Origin: Chiloscyllium plagiosum
Taxonomy: Eukaryota
Reading direction: 5' to 3'
DNA length: 64,000 nt
NCBI RefSeq assembly: GCF_004010195.1
Contig: NC_057755.1
Span: 10,077,989-10,141,988 of the forward strand
Shown: positions 37,880 through 51,429 of the stretch, piece by piece
How the letters are laid out: each line of letters begins with the position of its first letter
Position numbering within the stretch: position 1 is the stretch's first letter
The notes under the pieces: generated by a model
The model's input: the letters and a program-made list of their open reading frames with translations, nothing else
Told to the model about the DNA's origin: nothing
Database searches by the model: none
Translations under genes and position numbers: made by a program

Positions 37880-38490
37880 AAGCAGACTGCAATATCAGTT
37901 GATCCAGTGGATTTTGAACGATTTTTTTCGAGACATTGGAATGGTTTAGGATTTGACCGTGGTGCGTGGAATGTAGAAGTGTACAGCACATAAAGGATAC
38001 TCTCGCTCCCGCTGGCTATTGAGAGGCCTTTAATAGTGATTACACCTTTCTTATTGCTGAGTTCTATGGGTATGGCCTTGCCTGATGATCCCTTCAAGAG
38101 GCCCTTTCTCAGTGAACCTGTGGCATTCTTCTCCATCCTTTCATAATCGTCTCCATTACGCCAGAAGCATCTAAATTCTGAGACACTGAGCAGCTAGTCC
38201 AGCACTTAACACCAAAAAGTTTACGTAATGGCTACCACATTGTACTTTGATGCACTAATCCATCCTCGAAGCTCTCTGGATTACTATTTCACTCCTTGTA
38301 TTAAAATGAATGCACTTCGGATCACTAGTCGCACTAAGTACATCAACCTGGTTCTGCCCATTCTACCCACGAGATTCAACCTTCTCTTCCTTTCTCTGCA
38401 GTCACTCCACATGCAGAACCAACGCTTTGGTTCCTACCTCCAACACTTGTTTAACCGTCCTATCTGACAACCGCAAACCTTCCTGCCAGA
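37880..38490 (-). mobile_element. CR1 5' region remnants (ORF1/endonuclease)
   Basis: IPIELSNKKGVIT and GSSGKAI endonuclease-like remnant; similar to the sequence at 50800-51230. Confidence 0.55.
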
Positions 38491-40071
38491 GTATTGATGC
38501 CCCTTAAGGTTTACTGCATCACATTCGTGTGTATTGGTCTCTCTCTCTTTCTCTCTCTCTATCTCTCCCCCTCCGCCGCCCCCGCCCATCATTGTCCTGA
38601 AGAAATCCCAATGATTCAGAAAACTGAAGCCCTCCCTGCTATACCAGCCCTTTCGCCTCTCATTCACCTCTTTTTTTTATATCTCTGACCTCATTCGCAC
38701 ATGGCACTGGAACTAAACCCAAGATCACATCTTTACATCTCACCAGATAGGTATGGAATTTTCACCTTCTGCCTGTGTTTGAATTTATTGCACATAATCA
38801 GTCATAAAACACACATACGTATCAAAGTGCACATACTTTTCCACTGTATGATAAAAGTGCAACTCCCCCACACGATGGTTCAGTGGTTAGCACTGCTACC
38901 TTGCGGAACCTGGGACCCAGGTTCAATTCCAGCCTCGTGTGACTATCTCCCCGGGTCTGCGTGGGTTTCAAGCAGGTGCTTCAATTTCGTCCCTCACTGC
39001 AAAAATGCTCAAGTTAAATGAATTGGTCACTATACATTGCTCATCGTGTTCAGTGATATTTAGGTTCAATGCATGAAGCATGGGAAAAGTTGATTAAGGG
39101 TTTAGGGGAATGCTACTTTTGTGCACTTTTTGGGTCAAATTGCCTGTTTCAACACTCTAGGATGGCTAATATTCTCTTGGTAGTCTGCTGAAATAACCTT
39201 TCGAACTTTAATAACTTTTGAGGGATAGACGATAGACCGAATCAGCAATAACTCTTTTCAGAATAAACTTTCCTGGATGAAAGGGAAATGGCTAAACTGT
39301 TAGAAAACAATTAAATGCAACATGCCAATTAACCATCACTGACTAAAAGGAGGCAAAGCTTCATAAACGAACTGTTTCCTGGGAGGGCAGAGGGAAGAAC
39401 TGCTTGATAACCTGCTGCATTCGGAAAATGGGGAATTAAGATTATCTGCCGAAAGAATGTTCTGAGAGAAAGGGTTTAATGGCAGGACAGGTTGTGGTTT
39501 GAAAAGACAGCTACCATCCAATATAAAAAGGAACAAGAAACCTACTCCTGACAAGAAGGAAGGTATAGACTTGACTACTCCAAAAGACTAGTTATTATTG
39601 TGGATGAACAGAGCGAAAGAGCTATTAACAATGTCACACCATTAATCACACAATAGTCAATTTGAGGCTAAGCTTTCATGATTGAGGGCTGTATTTTGCT
39701 TGCTACGTGCACTGAAGTTTAAATCATTGTTTCAGCACTTGATTGTCTTTGGACTTCTGAATAAGCAGAGTAATTAAAACTATATTGTCGTAATTTACAC
39801 ACAATAATATTCACCATACCTACTTATAATGACTTTATATAATCAACTGTTGTTATAGACCCGAGTCAAGATTGTGGTGCTGGAAAAGTACAGCACGTCA
39901 GACAGCATCTAAGGGGCAGGAGAATCAATGTTTTTGGAAAAGCCCTTCATTCGGTATATGTCCGAAATGAACATTCTCCTGTTCCTCGGAGCTGCCTGAC
40001 CTGCTGCGCGGTTTCCAGCACCACAGTCTCGATTCTCATCTCCAGCATCTACAGTCCTCAAATTCTCCTAT

Positions 40072-40648
40072 TGTTATGAACCAGGCCAACCACACTCAAA
40101 ATTATTTGAAAAAGGTAGCCAGGATTCTGAAGTTTTCTTACTTTAAAAGCAGATGTGAGGTGGGTGTTCCAGGTGTGATACGGCTGTTCAAACCATTCAA
40201 CTTCAAGGCAAATCAAAATTTGATAAAACACCATAGATGAAACATGAATATATGAAAACGGAAATTTTAACAACTTAACTATTGGGAATTGTAGCTGATC
40301 CATTATAGTAATATGTAGGAATTCGCTGTTCCAATCCAGTGACATCTAATAAACACAACCTTTGGCAGAAAGGTATATTGAAACACAGATTCTTACAGGC
40401 AGGAGGGAACAACTTCTCGAGAGACATTTCATTGTAAGTTAGAGGAAGTCTTACTGAAGTGTGCAACTTTCCTGTATTCACATTTCTTTCGACTGCTACA
40501 GCTAGAAACAAACTAGAGAAACCTGAACTGGGAGAACTGACCACTCTCCTGTCATTGTTAAACTAGACACTTCAGTTACTCTGCAATTACAAACTCTTCA
40601 AAAGAAACATGGACAAAGTAACCCTTTGAAAGTGACCGCATCGTCACA
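40072..40648 (-). mobile_element. Probable solo LTR (TG...CA termini); related sequence at about 54690-55265 and 54225
   Basis: Minus-strand ends TGTGACGATG ... GGTTCATAACA; tgttatgaaccag recurs at 54690 and tgtgacgatgc at 54225. Confidence 0.5.
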
Positions 40649-42215
40649 TTATGCATCAGACATGGTCACCATCCGACCAAATCGGGTTGCCCGAACACTT
40701 TATAAATGTGAATCGACTGATAAATGCCACAAAATGTGAAAACATAAGCCACTAGAAATAAAGTGTGCAAATAGTCTGATGATACATTTTAGAGAGAGAT
40801 AGCTTTAACGTCTGTGTCCTTTATGGGACACAGAAGCGTTCCCTTACTCTTTCAGAGGGGAAAATCTGGAAAGGTGTTTTTAAAAAGCACAATGTGAATA
40901 CATGCATTTTGCAATCCTTTCCATATTTCTATTAAAAGTGTCCTCGCAGACATTTGTTTACGTTTTACACTGACTGCATTTCTCACATTCTATCAAAGTT
41001 AACGTTCTCCCATTTTAAAAGTTCTACTTGCCATTGCTCTCTGCTTTTTGCTATTAAATAAAAATAATCGAAAAAGAAAATGGATTTGACCATTTCACTT
41101 TTTGCACTGCTCCGCCTTTTAATATGATAAAGACTGATCATCCGACTCCAAGTTGTTCCTGTTCTCTCCACGCACAGGGGGTCCACAATTTATGATCATT
41201 CCACGTGCAAACCCTCGTACTTATGAATATGATCCCATTGTGTGGGTCACTTAATTAAGATTGAGACAAGAGAGTTGTGAGCCTTTGTCAAACAGATATA
41301 TGGGGCAGTGTCCTTTTACACATTGAAGGCTGACATAGATCTTTGATCATTCGGGGAATCAAAATTTACTGGAAAAGGTATGAGGATTGTCAGATGTTCT
41401 ACAATTATATTCAGAGCAGGCTTGAAGAGTTAAAAGTGTCAATAAGTTTGGAACTTGGAAAGGCATAGCAAGTCAGGCACCGTCCAAGGAGCAGAAGTGT
41501 TTTGGTCATAAGCCCTCCATCTCAAAGGGTTAAAAAGTTTACCTCTGTTCCTATTTCTTCTGATCTTATGATGTAAAGTATTTTTCCAGGACTTGGCCTA
41601 CAGCTTTGTATGATTTGGCATCACAAGTGTGAATCTATCATCCTGACAAGCAGTGAGTTCCAGATTCCCACCAGCTTCTGAGTGAAAACGTTTTTACTAA
41701 CTTTCCTTCTAAACATCCTGCACCTGACTTTAAATCAATGCCCTGATGTCATTGATCATTACAACAATGGAGGTTATTTCTTCCACTCTACCCTCTCTGT
41801 GCCCGTTTTATTTTAATCCTTAGACATCACCTTCTAAATGCACAACGACGTCCTTTTAAAGGGCAGCAGAAGCATAGGAGTACCACCACCTGCAAGTGTC
41901 CATCAACCCATTCACAGTCCTGAGTTGGAAATATATCACAATGCTAGAATTCCTTCACTAAGAGCATTGTAGATCATAACACAAAATGTGGTTTTTCAAC
42001 AGTTTAAGAAGGAAGCTCCTAACATTCAAATGGGGATGGGTAATAAATGCTGGCCTGCGTCCTGCAAGTGGATTCATAAGACATCTCACTCATGTATATT
42101 CTGTAGAAATCTGCGTTTCAACTGTAAATGTATGATCACCTGGACAATATGTAAATTCAAACATGAATCAAATCCGGACATCTATTTTCCCAAGGAAATT
42201 TTATTTCACTTCCAC

Positions 42216-43608
42216 TTAATGTTTAGGCAATCCAGGAATCAAGGTTCTAGGAGTTAGCAATATTTTCTTCAACTCTTCTCGAACTTTTCTCTGAGTAGCT
42301 GCATAGATGCATGTATTTAGTGATGAACTCAAATGTTTCAGATTAATTTCGACTTCGGTGGCTTTATATCCAGGAGCTGAGTCGTCATCTCTATAATAAT
42401 TGGTGTTGGTCATTATGATCATTAGGAAACTCACAGCAGCCATCATCCAGAGCAATATAAACCTGCTTGATATAGTGAGGAGCAAAATGATTGAATTCTT
42501 CTGGTTCTCCATCTTAAGGTCGCTTTGTGCCCTGCTGTGGTGACCTCTGAGTTCCCTGTACACTCTGCTAGCCACTAAAATCCAAGTGATTATCAAAGAG
42601 TTTAATAAAATGATTACCGCAAATGGAAGCCAGACGAGCATGATGCTGTGAAATCGAGATTAAGGTAATACAACAGGTAAAGATGAGAAAGCTCCATTTG
42701 CTTAACAGCTCCCCTGCACATTACTAAGCGTTTGTTCTGCTCCATCGACAAATGCAATGTTGCTATCTTCGACAACGATAAAAATGGAGAAAGCTATTAT
42801 GCTATTATGGTGATTCTCACCGTGCAATACTTTAATTTAACCATAAGGTTGCATATAGCAATGAATCTGTCAAACGTAAAAGTAGCCGTGAACCAGGTAG
42901 ATAAATCAAGGGCAACAGTAGTCAGGTACAGAACAAACCTGCACACATATGTGAGGGATAAAAATGAAAGTGGAAAGTGGTAACTGAACATATAATACAA
43001 TATTACATTGATGATCATGACCAGTCGACCTGCTGTTGACAAAGCCACCATACATTTCGACAGGTCACCGTTTCTCTGTAAGTAAATCGTGATTGTGACC
43101 AGGTTTGCTGTAATGAAGACAGAAGGAATAATCAAGCTTATATTTCTGATTGAATTGCATTTGGAACTTCCTGTGATAGAACAGTTTACTCAATATACAG
43201 TTTAATCAGCTGAATGAAGCATGTTTAGAACAGCATTGCAATTGAAACCATCATCTAGGAAAGTTTTCCATGGGAATAATTAGCTTCTCCAACATTCACA
43301 ATGCATATGGTTATAAGAATGCCTGGAGTTCTACAAACTAACTTTCAAAGCAAACATTTACACCTCTGTAACATTAGCACATGAAAAGTCTGAATACATG
43401 TGTGTAGTTCAAGACTTTGTTCTTGGAATGAATTACTATATAAGGCTCACACTTGGCAAACAGGTTAGCTTACCAAGCATGCACTATGAGCAAGGAGATA
43501 GTTAACACCACAGTAAAATACAAAGTACAGTGTCTTACCGGGAACACAGATAATGGCACGAATCGGATAGTATATCTCCTTGATCTACAAAAGAGCCTGT
43601 TGCCCCAT
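42216..43608 (-). pseudogene. GPR139-like class A GPCR pseudogene; exon 1 43539-43608, exon 2 42216-43107
   Basis: Exon 1 MGQQALL*IKEIYYPIRAIICVP with donor GTAAGA; exon 2 ANLVTI...TFDRFIAIC...YCT and LNTCIYAATQRKVREELK; premature stops in exon 1 and at ~42797, plus frame breaks between the two ORFs. Confidence 0.88.
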
Positions 43609-44199
43609 TTTCCAAAGAATATGGCGGATTTATTATCAGCTGAATGACTTCATTTAGTGCACAGAAGAGGCAATGACAGAGTACCAATGTTTATACACAA
43701 ATTAATCCTCTAGTGATGCAATTGGTTCACTGTCTTTGAACAAACGATCTCAGTGTAGGTGTTCTTTTGTGCCAATGTACATGAAGAAAAGCAGATTAGT
43801 TATTTGTTTGACTGTGACTTTTTTTTTCTTAAAAAGACAATCTCACTCTAACTTATCAACGTAAATGAAAGTTGATATGCTCAATGTTTGGGTTGAATAT
43901 CCCTCTGAAAATCAGTTATTCGCAGACCACATTGCACTCAGTATATCACAACACTTCCCTGGACTGAGTCCAATTCGTCCACATTTTGTAGAAAGGGAGT
44001 CAGTCAGGTCCTCCAGCACAGGAGATAGATGCAACCTCGCTCATGCTGTATCCTACATGATATACATTCGGTCTACATTCACATTGATATCCACGTTGAT
44101 TTTGCTTCAAACGTGTCACATGCTTAATGTTTTACTGTTGACCAAAACCTAAATTGGACGTCCCATTACCTACGGCGGCTGTAAGAGTATCACAGAAGC

Positions 44200-44760
44200 A
44201 AATACAGTGATTAACTTACATCCTGATTCCCCAAAGCCTGTCCACCAGCTACAAGGCACACGTCAGCAGTGTCATAGAATACCCCTCACTTACCTGAATG
44301 TATGCCACTCCAAGAACACTAAAGAAGCTTGTCAACATCCAGGACAAAGCAGCCCACGTGATTGACACCATGGTCACAAACATTCCGTCCATCTTCCACC
44401 AAAGCTCAGCACCAGCAGTGTGTACCATCCACAAGATGCACTGTAGAAACTCATCAAATTTCCTTACACAGCAAAACCATAATCCACGCTGGCGTGAAAG
44501 AAAATAGCGAATACGTGGGAACACGACCGCTTTGGACTTAATACTTGCTCCCTTCCCCCCCGACCCCCAAAAGATTCACCATTCTGATTTGTAAATACAC
44601 TGTTCTTTCAGTGTCACTGGATCAAATTTCTGCAACATCCTTCGAAAAGCATTGTGGTGCACTTAGATCAGATAAACTGCAGTGGTTTAAGAGGGGAGCT
44701 CACCACCGCCTTCTGAAGCGCTGTCAGAGACAGACAGTGAGTGCTGGCCAAGAAAGCCAA
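44200..44760 (+). mobile_element. CR1/L2-group LINE 3' fragment with the tail shared by Deu-SINEs
   Basis: YKAHVSSVIEY...ATPRTLKKLVNIQDKAAHVI remnant; gctcaccaccgccttct tail. Confidence 0.6.
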
Positions 44761-46239
44761 GAAAGCATTTCCAACATCGCGAAAATCAAAGATAATAATA
44801 TTCACTCGTACACAGAGGTACCTTTATTTTCAGTCATTAACTCATTCTGTCATATTACACAATAAACTGTCTACTATGGACTGTTCTATGGTCAGATGCG
44901 AAATGTTCTGCTCCATGGTACCATCTCTAAATAATTTCACATAGATGTTACAATTGCCAATAGGATTTCTTAATTAAATTCACATGTAAATTAAAAGGTC
45001 TCATGATTGTTCCTTTATCACCGCTCCCAAAGTTACTTCTATTATATGTCTTCATACATTCTCGTCACCAGACTGTCCATCACTCCCATTAATGATTTCT
45101 TTTGCTTACTTTCCTCATGTCCATCCAAACCAATTTTACATCTTCATCTCCTGAGCCTAGAGCATCCCTGAATATTGCACTGAAACCAAACTTCATGTTG
45201 AGTCTTACCGAGATCACCATATTGCTGAACGCTATTAACCATTGAATATTCAGAACCCATTCATTGTAATCCTGCAGCAAAATCTCTGTATTGTCTTCCA
45301 AGTCATATTAATCAATTTCAGTGCAGGCTATCAAATCATGAAGTTCTTTGTGAACCTTATGTGCATTGAAACAATAAGCGTTTGTCATCTATACCATCCC
45401 CGCAATGTCTTAACACTGTAATATCTAAGTCTTGATTGCAGGTCAATGTTTTAGGGATGTTTCTATCCATTCTCTGACATTTTTGCTAAATGTGTATCTT
45501 ATCCGCATGACTCAACACTATTCCTTCATTTGTCATATTGGCTTGATCCTCTAAGCCAACTTTTGAAAATTTGCTTAAAGCTCTATTTCCCTCCACAACT
45601 GACTTGTGGAACAATAGTCCCAGTACAGTTCAAGTGTAAGTATCTGAGTGGGTCAAATCCCATTTTTCTCAGAGCTGCTGCCAGTGCCTCATGAAACAGA
45701 ACCCACTTCCCTGACACCAGACATGGAGACACGCAATCAATTCTCTCTTCGTGTCCACCTTCTGTGAAATTTCAAATGGCTCAGCTTGTAATCCCAATAG
45801 GTCTCCCTTCATACATTCTCTGTTCTAATGTGGCACTGAGTTTATTATACCTGCCTCAGCACAACTTCTTTCTGAAGTATTCCAGGCTAGTTGAGTCGGA
45901 TTTGGACAGTGATCGTGGATACTACCCCTGTCGCTGTATGTTTTTCAGTAACACAAAGCACACACCCTGTCCCTCAGCACTGACCACAAACGCACAGTCG
46001 GCTGAATGCACACTGCTTGCTGCAACGTTATTCGACAGACTATCCCACACTGACACTATATTTCTCCTTCACCCTCAATCCCAAATAGATCCTGTGCTAT
46101 GGTACAACAGCAAGTTCACTCATCCATAACGCACAACTACCTCTCATCCCAACGAGCCAAATAACCTCAAATACTTTGTACAATTGGAAATACACAAGCC
46201 TCCTTCCACTGAGCCTTTTTCCTGTCCTAAATTGCAGTC

Positions 46240-46980
46240 ACTCTGCTTTAACACAATCTAAAAGTTTGCTGATAACACTAACTTGATGGGTCGGATGTTA
46301 AACAATAATGGGTCCACGTATAATAAGGAGATAGAGAGACTAGTGGTATGGTGTAAAGATAACAAACTCACCCTCTATGTCATTGAAACAAAGGACCTTG
46401 GTATTGACTTCATCTAGCTAAGTGGAGGACACCCCCTGCCTGTACCAATGGTGCTAAGGTGGAAATGCACTCAAACACTAAGATCCCAAAGCGTAAATAC
46501 CATGAAAGATCTGTCCTGGTCCTTCCACACAAACACAACAGTGAACAAACTACAACAATCCCAATTTCTCGGAAGTATAAGCAAATTGGGCACATCTGCA
46601 ATGGTTCTTACCATTGTTTGAAAAGTAGCACCACAAAAATGATCTTACCCAGATATATCAGAGTCTGGTTTGGCAACTGCTCTCTCCAAGACCACAAGAA
46701 ATTAGTGTTGTGTACGCAGCCCTGTGAATCACACAAACAAGCCTTCCATCCACTGACTCTGTCCATACATCACCCTGCCTCAGAAAAGCAGCCACCATCA
46801 ACAAAGACCCCATCCAGGTTGTTTATATTCTCTTCCAACCTCTCCCATTAGTTGGAAGATTGAAAGGCAAGAAAACTTATTACAACAGATTCCAGACTTC
46901 TGTATTAGGGTTGATCTTTCTCTGCACCTTCTCTGTAGCTGTAACAATATATTCTGCATTCGGTTCTATTAGCATGAAGT
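46240..46980 (+). mobile_element. Rex1/L2-like LINE RT 3' fragment
   Basis: KFADNT...YNKEIERLVVWCKDNKL.L...TKDL.IDF; VWFGNCSLQD. Confidence 0.7.
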
Positions 46981-49499
46981 ATTGATGTTCCATGTTGTGA
47001 CGACATGTTGGCCATAAGAAGTGTATTTTGTGGTTTTTTTTTTAACCGAATAGATTATTTTTAAGTCATTGGCACCGAGGTGATTACTTGAATACAACAA
47101 AGTAAGAATTTGGGCAGGCTTTAGGATGTGCTTGAAATTTGGAAAAAATAGAAGCAGACTGAACAGATAAAGCCCAGCCTCCCCAGAGACAGGAATTTTG
47201 GTTTTAGTTTTTCAGCAGCAGTTGCTGCTGGGGTCTTGAAGCTGGCTTATAATGCTGCAGTAAACTATCCTTGTTACTCTGTCTCTCAGATTTTCTATTG
47301 ATATTTACTCTCCTGTATAGAATTTACATATTTCACTGAATTTGCCTTTGCAAGGGACGGTACTGAATGAGAACGGTTACTATTTAGTAGCCGAATAACC
47401 TGCTATTTTTTTTTAAGAGCTCCTATGTAGTAAAGTGATTCTAATTCTTTATGTTGTTGTATTTTAACTGTAGTGCATGATTTGTCACTACAGGTTAATC
47501 ACGCAGCAATTACATTCACCAGGAATGTCATCAGAACCTTTGAAATTGGTTAAATTGAACTCCAAATGAATCAGTTCGAGTTAAATGCAATGGCAAGGGG
47601 GAAAGAAAAAAAAAAGAGTAATCTTGGCAGAGCGAACAGAAAGACAAAAGCAAATGAAACAGTTTGAAATATGTTTTAAAGCAGAGGGAAAACAAAATTA
47701 AAAGGAAGACATTCGCTGAAGACAGGGAGAAAGCGAGAACTAAAGGCGAAAAAATGTCTTTTGAATTTCAGAGGCTGCAACTGAAATGTCAAAGTCGTCT
47801 TCAGAATGGCAGACCTGCATCTACCTATCATCTTCTCACCTACCTTCCCCAGCTCCACCCCAGCCCTCCGTTTATCTCGCATCCCCCTTCAGCTTCCACA
47901 TTCTTGAAGAAGGGATCATGCCTGAAAAATATACTGTCCAGCTCCTCACATGCTGCCTGACCTGCTATCCTTTACCAGCGCCACCCTTTGCGACTTTAAA
48001 ATGGCAGAGGTAGAGTTGAAATGTAGCAGTAATGATGAGGACAGAGATGGAGAACAAACTCATTGTCGACAAAAGCGGAGGGGGGGAGCTGTTTAAATGC
48101 TTCCAAGTGTTGTTTTTCTTCCGTAAGAAGGATGTCGAAGTCTTCTCCATTATATTTCAGAAAGAACAAAAAAGAAATGAAATGCCCAGTGACTGAGTGG
48201 GTGTGTTGATCCAAACAAATTTGATAGATGGAGTAAGAGAGGTAGATGCATCACTCCCAGAGGAGGAATCTGGGGAGTATAAGGAGGTGAAGAATGCTTT
48301 GTGAAGTGCATACGAGCTAGTACCAGAAGCTGACAGACAACATTTTATGAATCTAAATGGGAACTTGATTCACGCGAATGTGGAGTTTGAATCGAATTAT
48401 AAAAATAACGTTGACAGTTGTATAAGAGTATTAAAAATAAATCTAAACTATGACGCTCTTACAGAGATGATTATTTTGGAGGAACTCAAAACTTCATTTC
48501 CTGAAGTAACGAGAACACCTGGGAGAACAGAAAGTTAAGACTGCAAGGTTAGCAGATCAAATAGCAGATATTCATGCGTTGAAGTTTGGCTTCCAACCTC
48601 AATTTCAATTTGTAAGGGACAGAACTTGATTAAAAGGGACATCCTCAGGTGGTAATGGACAAAAACAAAGACCTCAATACAGACAGTAAAGATAGTTTAC
48701 CACAGGGTAAAAAGGAAATCCACGTGGTGAAATGAGAAATGAAAAAAAGCCCAGGTGTTTTCACTGACATAAAGTAGGCAACATGAACTTATGGTGCTGT
48801 TAGTTTAGAAGAAGGCACTTGCAAGACTGATAAGAAAAATACGATAACCCATTGCAATTTGTTGAAGTGTAAAGGAAAACACAGCACAGATATAAAGCTG
48901 CAAAATAATATAAAACATGGTCAGGGGTTGGTTGACAGTAAAATGCTATTACTGTTTAATGGCAACTATGGTTTGGAGAAGCAGGTGTGGGACTGGGGAG
49001 GATAAGGTGAAAAAAACACAATGAACCGAGTTTATATTTGAACACATTCATTTGGAAACACTAATTTTCGATGCGCTGCTTCTTCATCAGGTCAACTGAT
49101 GAACAACCTGCACTTTAAAAGCTAGTGCTTCCAAATAAACCTGTTGGACTGTAAGCTGGTGTTGTGTGATACTTAACCTAGATCTGTTTAAATAATTGAC
49201 GTGCATGCATAAGGGTAACTCAATTTTTCCGAAAGGAGCAGTTAAAATATATTAAGTTTTGATGAGATATAGGAGCATGGGAGAGATGGCGAGATATGTG
49301 ATTCAGAAGGAATATTGCTGGAAGACGTGATAACATGTGGAATTCATGGTGAGAAGAGAAGAGATCCATGACATAGATTGAGGTTACAGTGTCTAGTGAG
49401 CAGTGGTGAAGTGGTGGTCAGGGTTATAAAAAAATTCTCCGTTCCAGACATACAGTATATCCTTTGCAGTGATGTAGCAGTGTCACAAGTGAGAGCGAG

Positions 49500-51230
49500 G
49501 TCCCTGCATAACACCACTGGTCACCAAACTTAGGTGGAATGCTATCCAACAACAGGCACCCTCCATATTCAGCAGCCCAGCCAATTCTGTATCCAGCCTC
49601 CTTACTTTCTGACTTAGCTAATCATGGGGATCCTTCTCAAAAGCCTTTCTAAAGTCCATAGACACTACATCCACTGGTCTACCTTCCCCAATGTGTTTCG
49701 TCACAACTGCAAATAATTCAATAAGGTTTGTAATGCACGAACTGCCTCTCACAAAGCCATGCTGACTATCTGTAATCAAACTATGGCTTTTCAAGTAATC
49801 ATAAGTCCAGTCTGTCAGAATCCTCTCCCATAATCTTCCCAATACTGACTAAGCCTGCGTGATGTGTAATTCACAGGGTTGTCTCTCTTTCCTTTCTTGA
49901 ACAAGGGAATAGTAATTGCCATACTGTAATCATCTGGCATCACTCTCGTGGACAGTGAGTTTGCAAAGATCATCGCCAAAACCACAGCAATCTCTTCGCT
50001 CATTTCCTTTAGTAACCTCGGTTATATCGGGTCTTGCTTATGAGAGTTATCTATCCTTGTTCTTTTCAAAAATGTCAACACATCCTCCTTCTTAACATGA
50101 TACTGATGGAGCATTTCAGTCTGTTTCGCTGTGACATCAGAAACATCAAGGCCTCTCTCCGTCGTGAATACTAAAGCAATGTTAAGGGCCTCATCTAATT
50201 CCTCAAACTCCAGGCACAAGTTCCGTCCACTATCCCTGATTGGCCTGCCCTCACTCTGGCCATCCTCTTGTTTCTCACCTACGTGTCGAATGTCTTAGCG
50301 TCTTTGTTAATCATACACACGAAAGTTTTTTCATGCCCCCTTCCGGCTCTCCTAAGTCTATTCTTCAGAGTTTTCCTGGCTGTTCTTTAACCCTCTCGAA
50401 CCATGTCTGAACCTTGCCTCCAATATCTTATATATTCTTCCTTCTTCGTCTTTAGTAGATATTCCACATGCCTTGTCATACAAGATTCTTTCAACTCGTT
50501 ATCTCTTTCTTGCCTCAGTGGGACAAACCTGTGCAGCACTAACAGCAAGTGCTTCTCAAACAACGTCCACTTTTATTTGTTTTGCATTTCCCTGAGAACA
50601 TCTTTTCCCAATTTAGGCACCCCATTTCCTGCCCATTAGCATTGTAATTCCTCCGCTACTTAATTAAATATTGTCCATACCATGTGCTTCTATCCTTGTT
50701 CATACGTATAATCAAGGTCAGGGAGATGTCATCACTATCACTGAAATGTTTGTACACCGGGATCTGACACCTGGAATGGTTCGTTTCCAAGCATCTAATG
50801 CAATATGGCCTCCCACTCGTCTACGTATCTACATATTAAGTCAGGAACCCTTTCTAGGCGCACCTGGCAAAAACTGCTCAATCAAAACGATTTTAATTAA
50901 GTAGGTTCCAATCACTATTAGGAAAGTTAAAGTCAGCCATGTCAACAACTCTGTTAATTCTGAATCTTTACAAAATCTGTGTCTAAATCTGCTTCCCCGT
51001 GTCTCTGTTGCTATTGAGCATCTGTAGAAACCTCCCAAATAAGTAGCTGCTCCTTTCCCGTTCCACCCATACTGACTCAGTAGACTCACCTGCTTTGACG
51101 ACCTCTTCTTTCTGCAGCTAAGATACAACTCCTGATTAGCGATCCCTCTCCTCCAACTCTTTGACCTCCCCCTTATTCCTTGTGAAACATCTGAAGCCTG
51201 GAACATCCAGCAACCTTTCCTGCCTTCCCA
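49500..51230 (-). mobile_element. CR1 LINE ORF2 fragment (endonuclease to RT)
   Basis: SQHGFVRGSSCITNLIELF...VDVVSMDFRKAFEK; IPLFKKGKRDNPVNY. Confidence 0.88.
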
Positions 51231-51429
51231 CCGTACTTACCTTTATTCATTGATGTTTATCTTCTGTTTGTAACATTGGCTTTGTGAAATTGTTAAACAC
51301 ATCACCAGAAAAAGAAATCCGGATATCGTCCTTGTAACATCTCAGTTTCTTGATTACAAAAAGGCTTTTCAATCACAGTCGGCACCACTCTCACCTGTGA
51401 TAGTGCTATGAGAAAGTGGTTGGGTCTGT

